Assembly: GCA_019391515.1 (NCBI GenBank)
Contig: JAHXQP010000020.1
Location: forward strand, 156,367-220,366
Direction of reading: 5' to 3'
Origin: Clostridiaceae bacterium
GTDB lineage: Bacteria; Bacillota; Clostridia; Tissierellales; Sporanaerobacteraceae
DNA length: 64,000 nt
Below, piece by piece: positions 63,938 through 64,000 of the stretch. The notes beneath the pieces are model-generated. The model did not search any database and was not told the DNA's origin. It worked only from the letters and a program-made list of their open reading frames with translations. The position numbers and the translations under genes are program-made. Numbering within the stretch: position 1 is the stretch's first letter; each line of letters starts with the position of its first letter.

Positions 63938-64000
63938 TGATATAATAATGTGGATAAAATCAAAAGAAGAGAAGAAAGAAATTTGGAGGTATTTAAAATG
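63938..64000 (+). promoter_or_regulatory. Extended -10, RBS and start codon of next gene (truncated by window end)
   Basis: TGATATAAT at 63938-63946; GGAGGT then ATG at 63998-64000. Confidence 0.55.

Noticed and set aside
1-64000. CRISPR arrays, tRNA/rRNA genes, IS elements, prophage, Sec/Pyl read-through
   Set aside because: No regularly spaced repeats, cloverleafs, transposase or phage genes, or in-frame continuations past TGA/TAG were seen; xerD is in its usual core-genome position.

Overview
Core chromosomal segment of a low-GC, endospore-forming anaerobic Firmicute (Clostridia/Tissierellia-like; the taxonomy is inferred from gene content). Almost all genes are on the + strand. In order: end of pilT and a type IV pilus/competence operon (pilC, pilin, pilD, pilMNO, minor pilins, comFB), aroK, aroQ-efp, spoIIIAA-AH, asp23-amaP-nusB-TsaD-like-xseAB-ispA, a ~575-nt OLE RNA with oapA and tlyA, argR-recN, spoIVB, spo0A, a steA-steB-GT2-MraY-like-DUF3866-nudF cluster, spoIIM, xerD-punA-pdp, dacF, site-2 protease-scpAB, ytfI-gerW, dacB, an uncharacterised PyrK-like/GidA-like pair, rluB, mnmM, oadA, korDABC-rpiR, phosphatase-HI0933, aroH-cmk-plsC-ispH/rpsA, cheR, three M42 peptidases, a MerR-HTH/coiled-coil protein ending in a MinD-like membrane-targeting helix, an unannotated 49-aa Cys4 microprotein and a convergent aminotransferase. 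I saw no tRNA, rRNA, CRISPR array, IS or prophage. Best leads: the self-contained OLE transcription unit, the SteAB-glycosyltransferase-DUF3866 cluster, the Fe-S/flavin PyrK-GidA pair, the sigmaH-type DNA-membrane tether candidate, a palindrome that encodes a symmetric promoter pair before scpAB, and a 29-bp element shared by two promoters. All calls come from motif reading by eye; no database search was run.
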